From a virus (lineage: Duplodnaviria > Heunggongvirae > Uroviricota > Caudoviricetes), in IMG/VR virus record IMGVR_UViG_2565956711_000006, positions 1 through 31,175 of that record: a stretch of DNA of 31,175 bases. One strand, 5' to 3'. This document shows, in pieces, positions 26,396 through 31,175 of the stretch (position 1 is its first letter; each line of letters opens with the position of its first letter). Position numbers and translations under genes: made by a program. Under the pieces are notes generated by a model that saw only the letters and a program-made list of their open reading frames with translations, made no database searches and had not been told where the DNA came from.

Positions 26396-27366
26396 TAAAA
26401 CGCCTCCATATCGTCAAACGTGCCTGCCGCAACCATCGCGTTGTAAGTCGCATCACCCATCACGGCGCCACAATCAGGGCAACCGCCGCCGTAACGCCCG
26501 CAGCAGTCGCAGACAGGCAGCACGCCGATCACTTCTTTGGCCTTCTGGCGGTTGTCTTTGTCAGTGCTGACGGAACGTTGCACGCTGATTTCGTGCATCT
26601 TGAAAGGCTGATAAATCGCGCGGGTGGCTTCGGTGTCGCTGTTGGAAATGACAACCTTCACGCCATGCTTACGGTTAACTTCCAGCAGTGCCTGGACTAA
26701 CTGGCGGTGGTTGTCTTCCGTGAATGGTTCGGTGTGGTATTGGGTAAAATCGGCTGTTTTGCTTTCAGGCAGGTAAGGCGGATCGCAGTAAACGAGAACA
26801 TCGCCACCCGTGACGACCTGTAGAGAACGCTGGAACGGCGCGCAAAGAAATATTGCCTTTGTATCGTTGGCCTTTTCGGCAAACAGGCGGATTTCATTTT
26901 CAGGAAAGTAGACGCTCTTATACTTGCCAAACGGCACGTTAAAGCCGGTCTTACGGCTGTAACGGCATAAGCCGTTATAACCGTGGCGGTTCAGATACAG
27001 GAATTGAGCAGCACGCATGATGCGCGCCATTTCGACGCCATAACGCAACCCACAGCTTTTTACCGTACATACCTGCTTATTGAACGCGGCGCGGACTTCG
27101 TTGTACCCCTGCGGGCTGTTCTTGCTGTTGAACAGTTCGCGGGCCGCATCGATCACTAAGTCCGGGTAACGGGTGACTTTCCGATAAAGGTTAATAAGAT
27201 CCGGGTTGATATCAGCCAGCACATAGCGGCGGTACTCAGTCGCCAGAAATACCGATGCGCCGCCTACGAACGGTTCGATCAGGCAGTCGGCTTTAGGAAG
27301 GTGCGGCAGCAGGTCAGGAAGGACACGGGTTTTACCCCCTGCCCATTTGATGAACGGGCGGATCAT
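26395..27366 (-). CDS. dam: DNA adenine methyltransferase (Dam family) with Cys-rich C-terminal extension
   Basis: MIRPFIKWAGGK N-terminus, FVGGASV AdoMet motif, DPPY catalytic motif; extra C-terminal about 45 aa with CDCCGRYGGGCPDC. Confidence 0.85.
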   Translation of the reverse strand: MIRPFIKWAGGKTRVLPDLLPHLPKADCLIEPFVGGASVFLATEYRRYVLADINPDLINLYRKVTRYPDLVIDAARELFNSKNSPQGYNEVRAAFNKQVCTVKSCGLRYGVEMARIMRAAQFLYLNRHGYNGLCRYSRKTGFNVPFGKYKSVYFPENEIRLFAEKANDTKAIFLCAPFQRSLQVVTGGDVLVYCDPPYLPESKTADFTQYHTEPFTEDNHRQLVQALLEVNRKHGVKVVISNSDTEATRAIYQPFKMHEISVQRSVSTDKDNRQKAKEVIGVLPVCDCCGRYGGGCPDCGAVMGDATYNAMVAAGTFDDMEAF

Positions 27367-27367
27367 T

Positions 27368-27580
27368 TTACAGGACTCCGTAAGGGGAAGATGGAACAGC
27401 CGGACGCTGCAACGCCGTGGTAAGGCGCTGGCGCATGTCGTCGATAAAGCAGGAAACAGAGGGATCGTCAGAAGAAAGGGTTAACTCACCATCGCGGCGG
27501 GTTTTAATCGTCAGCCCTTCACGCTCAACAGCAGGTAAGAGAACGTGCAGGATGAAGTTATATTGATCGCGTTTAGTCAT
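27368..27580 (-). CDS. hypothetical protein (70 aa)
   Basis: ORF with SD GAGG 10 nt upstream; stop abuts the dam ATG; no family recognised. Confidence 0.5.
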   Translation of the reverse strand: MTKRDQYNFILHVLLPAVEREGLTIKTRRDGELTLSSDDPSVSCFIDDMRQRLTTALQRPAVPSSPYGVL

Positions 27581-27622
27581 GATTCGAAGCCTCAGAAATT
27601 GCCGGGTTTCCCCGGCAATCTG

Positions 27623-27805
27623 TTACTGGTGATCCGCTGATTGGTTAGCTGACTTGAGGGCAGGCCAGACAAGGAGAAGAAGAGCGCCAACGAAGAAGGC
27701 GTCGCCAATCACCGAAAGCAGGTAGCTGGTGAAATCCACTGCTACGACCATGAAGGCCAACAGCAGGGCCAGCGCCGGACGTAGTGAATCCAGCACGCGC
27801 AGCAT
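27623..27805 (-). CDS. small hydrophobic protein with two predicted TM helices (60 aa)
   Basis: MLRVLDSLRPALALLLAFMVVAVDFTSYLLSVIGDAFFVGALLLLVWPAL; ATG overlaps the TerB-like stop (TGATG). Confidence 0.55.
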   Translation of the reverse strand: MLRVLDSLRPALALLLAFMVVAVDFTSYLLSVIGDAFFVGALLLLVWPALKSANQSADHQ

Positions 27806-28239
27806 CAGAGATAATCCTCAACACGCAGCCCCAGACGGCGCCCGACCTCTTCCAGCACCTTCTGTTCTTCTGGTTCGATCTGGCCGTCCGCTTCGGCGAT
27901 AGTCAGCATGTTGACGAAGACTTCTTCGGCTTCTTTCGGATCGTTTTTGATGTCGTCGATTTCGCGCAAAATGTTCATGCGGCCAACGCGGAAGCCAGCT
28001 TCAAGCTGTTCCGTATAGCGGTTGATGGTGGATGTAATTTCATTGCCGAAATGCGCAAGGCGCGGGTTAGAGCGGATAAGCTGATCCAGCTTGCTGGTTT
28101 CTTCTTTTTCGATCTCGCCATCGGCGGCAGATACCAAAAGACAACCGCCGACAATAGCTTCCATAAGATCGCGATTTTCCACTTTCTTAAGTTCAACTTT
28201 TGCCGCTGCTACTTTTTTTCCAAACAGTTTATTAAACAT
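27805..28239 (-). CDS. TerB-like domain protein
   Basis: Start at ATG 28239 (MFNKLFGKK..); two repeats of the TerB-type helical motif (..GGCLLVSAADGEIEKEE.. and ..TIAEADGQIEPEEQKVL..) resembling remembered TerB; the plus-strand antisense ORF 27784..28257 is low-complexity. Confidence 0.65.
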   Translation of the reverse strand: MFNKLFGKKVAAAKVELKKVENRDLMEAIVGGCLLVSAADGEIEKEETSKLDQLIRSNPRLAHFGNEITSTINRYTEQLEAGFRVGRMNILREIDDIKNDPKEAEEVFVNMLTIAEADGQIEPEEQKVLEEVGRRLGLRVEDYL

Positions 28240-28274
28240 GCTATTTATCCTTTTTAGGATGAGTGAAAGCGCCA

Positions 28275-28290
28275 TCACTTAATTAAGTGA
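28275..28290. promoter_or_regulatory. 16-bp perfect palindrome, candidate operator
   Basis: tcacttaattaagtga is its own reverse complement; sits in the AT-rich gap 36-51 bp upstream of the TerB-like start. Confidence 0.4.
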
Positions 28291-28333
28291 CGACAGTGAA
28301 GACTGTTTTTTAATTACTATTTAACTGACGTTG

Positions 28334-28564
28334 TTAGCCGATTAAATCTCTCAAAGAATTAACAAGGTTAAAAAGCAATCCTTTGTTTATCTTCTTCGTA
28401 TAAACAAAGGGCTTACTCATTCCCTTAATAAATTGAACCTTGCTAGGCTCAGGTTTAAAGAATTGCCCGTCTGGTGTTTCCAGCCAGCCGCGTGAGTTTT
28501 TGAAGTGTGTAAACTGGCACCCGTGCTTAAGCAGGCTTGCCAGTGATGGGCCTTCATCGTGCAT
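28334..28564 (-). CDS. hypothetical protein (76 aa)
   Basis: ATG 28564 (MHDEGPSLASLLKHG...) with SD AGGGGG 6 nt upstream. Confidence 0.5.
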   Translation of the reverse strand: MHDEGPSLASLLKHGCQFTHFKNSRGWLETPDGQFFKPEPSKVQFIKGMSKPFVYTKKINKGLLFNLVNSLRDLIG

Positions 28565-28805
28565 TACTGCCCCCTTGCTTATACATCTGATCAACCGTGC
28601 GCATGGCTTCCGCTAAAGCAAAGTCACGCCCGTAATAATCGCCATTGCTGGAAATACGATAAGAGTGCTTAAACGTAAATGGATTACGCGGGCATTTCTG
28701 AATAGTGAAGCCACGATATAAATATGAATGACGACTTAACTGTATTAATTGCACAGCCACAAAAGCCCCCTCACATTCCCAATTTAAGCAATTCACCATC
28801 AACAT
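28554..28805 (-). CDS. hypothetical protein (83 aa), weakly supported
   Basis: Fills the gap between the flanking small genes but has no SD before either candidate ATG (28805/28799). Confidence 0.3.
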   Translation of the reverse strand: MLMVNCLNWECEGAFVAVQLIQLSRHSYLYRGFTIQKCPRNPFTFKHSYRISSNGDYYGRDFALAEAMRTVDQMYKQGGSNAR

Positions 28806-28974
28806 GGCGGGCCACGTCTTTGGTTATTTTCTTAATCAGCTTTTTATCCCTGATCATAAACTCGCCGCTATTGGTGCGAATCATGAAGCCCGTTTGCATA
28901 TCTTTTAAATGGGTGTCCAGAATGTCGTTGCATTCACGCACCCGGTTTTCGTGGTTGGCTGTTTTCTGGCTCAT
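28771..28974 (-). CDS. hypothetical protein (67 aa) immediately downstream of cox
   Basis: ATG 28974 (MSQKTANHENRVRECNDILD...) with SD GAGG; occupies the position of P2 orf78. Confidence 0.5.
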   Translation of the reverse strand: MSQKTANHENRVRECNDILDTHLKDMQTGFMIRTNSGEFMIRDKKLIKKITKDVARHVDGELLKLGM

Positions 28975-28984
28975 CGCGATAACC

Positions 28985-29266
28985 TCAAAGACCGATCCAC
29001 AGCAACCAAGCGTCGCGCTGCTCTCTCGGACGGTTGTAGTAGGCGTCACGCATTGCGCGGTTGAACTCAGGAATATAGATCCAGTTCTCAGCACGGGCGC
29101 CCAGGCTGTCCGGGTTCTTCCACGGGATGATCGGCAACTTACCGTCTTCAATCATGCTCTTAACCGTGGCGGGCTTCTTACCGATTAACTCGGCAAATTT
29201 AGGGTATGGAACCGCGTCAACGGCATGACGCACTTCAATGAACCCCTCTAACTCTTTGTCTGTCAT
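28985..29266 (-). CDS. cox: Cox/Apl-type excisionase and early-promoter regulator
   Basis: Start at ATG 29266 (MTDKELEGF..) with SD GAGAGGTGA; ..VPYPKFAELIGKKPATVKSMIEDGKLPII..RDAWLLWIGL resembles remembered P2 Cox. Confidence 0.72.
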   Translation of the reverse strand: MTDKELEGFIEVRHAVDAVPYPKFAELIGKKPATVKSMIEDGKLPIIPWKNPDSLGARAENWIYIPEFNRAMRDAYYNRPREQRDAWLLWIGL

Positions 29267-29362
29267 AGCGTTATCACCTCTCATTGAAGATATGCCGGGA
29301 TTTTTAGCCACGCCCGGCGCGTGGTATTCTGGAGTTTCCACACAACCAGAAAGGAGATCTTT

Positions 29363-29599
29363 ATGTCTCAGAAAGAAGTACCTATCTACATTCCTGCTGA
29401 ACTTGAATACCTCGTTGCTAATGACCTGGCTTGCTTACGCTTCCACTACCACTTAGCTACACCGACAAAACTGCCCGAAGCAGGCGAGTTGTTTACTGGT
29501 TTAACCATTGAGCAAGCAAAAGACACCGTAACCTTCCTCCAGCAATACATTGCTAAAGCTGAACTTGCTTCTTCACTGGCCCCGAAACGGAGCCACTAG
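29363..29599 (+). CDS. hypothetical protein (78 aa) between cox and C, on the C/int strand
   Basis: ATG 29363 with strong SD AAGGAG 6 nt upstream; MSQKEVPIYIPAELEYLVANDLACLRFHYHL...; no family recognised. Confidence 0.55.
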   Translation: MSQKEVPIYIPAELEYLVANDLACLRFHYHLATPTKLPEAGELFTGLTIEQAKDTVTFLQQYIAKAELASSLAPKRSH

Positions 29600-29804
29600 T
29601 TTTAACCGTCCCTGCATAACGTCCATTCCGGAAATAACTACGGCGGAATTCAGCAACATGGATTCCGTCACTTCTGTTGCCCCGCTCAAGTCTTCCACTC
29701 ATTTGTGCTAATCTCCGCATTAGCGCTAGGCGCTTATTTCGGCTTGTAACTGCTTATATTGGCGGTTGCTCATGGTAGAGATTACCACCCTTAAGGAGAA
29801 TGTT

Positions 29805-30125
29805 ATGGTAGAGATCCCTACCCCGTCAAGCGGCGTGGGTGAAAAAATCAGAGCTATCAGGGATGCGGAGGGGTTAACAAGGCAGCAATTCTTTGAATTA
29901 ACTGGAATACCTGCTGGCACGCAGAAGTATTACGAGACAGGAAGAGTGGAGAGTATTGGTAGCGATATCTTGCTTAAGATCACTCAGCATTCACGTTTCG
30001 CAAAATACACGCTCTGGCTTATGACTGATAAGACCGCCCCTCAAGCTGGTCAAATCGCACCGGCCCTCGCACACATTGGGCCAGAGTCAACTGGATCAGA
30101 CCGCTCCGAGAAACAAACTGGTTAA
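29805..30125 (+). CDS. C: immunity repressor, P2 C family
   Basis: ATG 29805 with SD AAGGAGA; C-terminal ..FAKYTLWLMTDKTAPQAGQIAPALAHIGPE..KQTG matches remembered P2 C (..FTKYTLWFMTNQIAPESGQIAPALAHFG..KTG). Confidence 0.75.
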   Translation: MVEIPTPSSGVGEKIRAIRDAEGLTRQQFFELTGIPAGTQKYYETGRVESIGSDILLKITQHSRFAKYTLWLMTDKTAPQAGQIAPALAHIGPESTGSDRSEKQTG

Positions 30126-30194
30126 CTGTTTATAAACATTACATTTTCACTATCTGTTATCAGGATGGGGAAATAAACGCCGGAGGGCTTTCTT

Positions 30195-31175
30195 ATGTCG
30201 ATTAAGAAGCTCGAAGGTGGTCAATATGAAGTGGACGTATGGCCGCGCGGACGTAACGGAAAACGTATCCGCAGGCGATTTGAGAAGAAACAAGAGGCAG
30301 TTCTTTTTGAGCGTTATGTATTAGCCAACGCCGACAAAAAAGAATGGCTGGGCGCGAGCGTTGACCGCCGCACCTTAAGCGAGTTGTTAGATACCTGGTG
30401 GCTGCTATATGGACAGACTCAGGAAAATGGCGAGATTGAAAAGCGGCACCTGAATAAAACAATCAGGGCGCTTGGTGATCCAGCCGTTAACCGACTGAAC
30501 AAGCGAATGATTGCACAGCACCGAAGCCAACGGCTGGAAGACGGTATCAGCGCAGCAACGATCAACCGGGATATTTACCGTTTGTCCGGGATGTTCAGCA
30601 CGTTGATAAAGCTGGAAGAGTTCAGAAAGGAAAACCCCTGTAAGGGTCTGGAACCACTGAAAGAAGCGCCGCCAGCTATGACTTATCTCGCCAAATCAGA
30701 GATCAGCAAATTGCTGGATACTCTGACCGGCGACGATCGACGTGTAGCACTGCTATGCCTCAGCACTGGCGCACGCTGGGGTGAAGGGAGCACGCTGCGA
30801 GGTGAGCAGGTTAATCACGGGCGTGTGACGTTCCTTAAGACCAAAAATGGGAAAAAGCGCACGGTGCCGATATCGGAAGAACTGGAGAAAGAGATCAAGA
30901 CCAGCGACACCGGGCCACTGTTCAAAGTTGACTATGAAAACTTCTGCGAACGGCTCAGGCTGGTTAAGCCTGACTTACCACGCGGGCAGGCCACGCATGT
31001 GCTTAGACATACGTTCGCAAGCTGGTTCATGATGAACGGGGGGAACATTATTGCGTTACAGCAAATTCTGGGGCACGCCAGCATACAACAGACGATGGTT
31101 TACGCTCACCTTGCACCTGATTACCTGCAACACGCAGTAACGTTAAACCCTCTTGGCGGCGGGCTGATGGTGTGA
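30195..31175 (+). CDS. int: tyrosine integrase, P2 Int family
   Basis: 326 aa; MSIKKLEGGQYEVDVWPRGRNGKRIRRRF.. and C-terminal ..HVLRHTFASWFMMNGGNIIALQQILGHASIQQTMVYAHLAPDYL with the R..H-X-X-R..Y catalytic pattern; SD GGAGGG; stop is the last codon of the window. Confidence 0.92.
   Translation: MSIKKLEGGQYEVDVWPRGRNGKRIRRRFEKKQEAVLFERYVLANADKKEWLGASVDRRTLSELLDTWWLLYGQTQENGEIEKRHLNKTIRALGDPAVNRLNKRMIAQHRSQRLEDGISAATINRDIYRLSGMFSTLIKLEEFRKENPCKGLEPLKEAPPAMTYLAKSEISKLLDTLTGDDRRVALLCLSTGARWGEGSTLRGEQVNHGRVTFLKTKNGKKRTVPISEELEKEIKTSDTGPLFKVDYENFCERLRLVKPDLPRGQATHVLRHTFASWFMMNGGNIIALQQILGHASIQQTMVYAHLAPDYLQHAVTLNPLGGGLMV

Noticed and set aside
28554-28805. Treating the 83-aa ORF downstream of cox as a confident gene
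   Set aside because: No SD before either candidate ATG and heavy overlap with the flanking small genes; kept only as a low-confidence feature.
1-31175. Serine invertase, CRISPR array, tRNA or rRNA genes
   Set aside because: No ORF has a serine-recombinase-like N-terminal catalytic region; no regularly spaced direct repeats; no tRNA-like or rRNA-like sequence recognised by eye. Absence is based on manual reading only.

Overview
The window is almost entirely a P2-like (peduovirus-type) temperate prophage in an enterobacterial-type background, seen in reverse orientation to the usual P2 map. From right to left it runs integrase, C repressor, cox, an early operon ending in replication initiator A, a cos-like site, the PQ packaging genes, the capsid/lysis/baseplate/tail-fibre genes on the minus strand, then the tail sheath-to-U block, D and ogr. 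Protein identities rest on my reading of the supplied translations against remembered P2-family proteins; no database search was run. The most interesting feature is a Mu G-segment-like invertible tail-fibre switch inside gene H: two 26-bp hix/gix-like crossover sites share a 14-bp inverted repeat, with a silent alternative fibre tip plus chaperone, and no invertase gene anywhere in the window. Other points of interest are the FI-FII-E-T-U block lying inverted relative to H/G and D/ogr with a single TGT-N12-ACA dyad between divergent D and FI, an extra gene between cox and C, a TerB-like plus small membrane protein pair in the early operon, a Dam methylase with a Cys-rich tail, and an unrecognised 238-aa gene in the position where P2 carries tin/old. 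No rRNA, tRNA or CRISPR array was seen.
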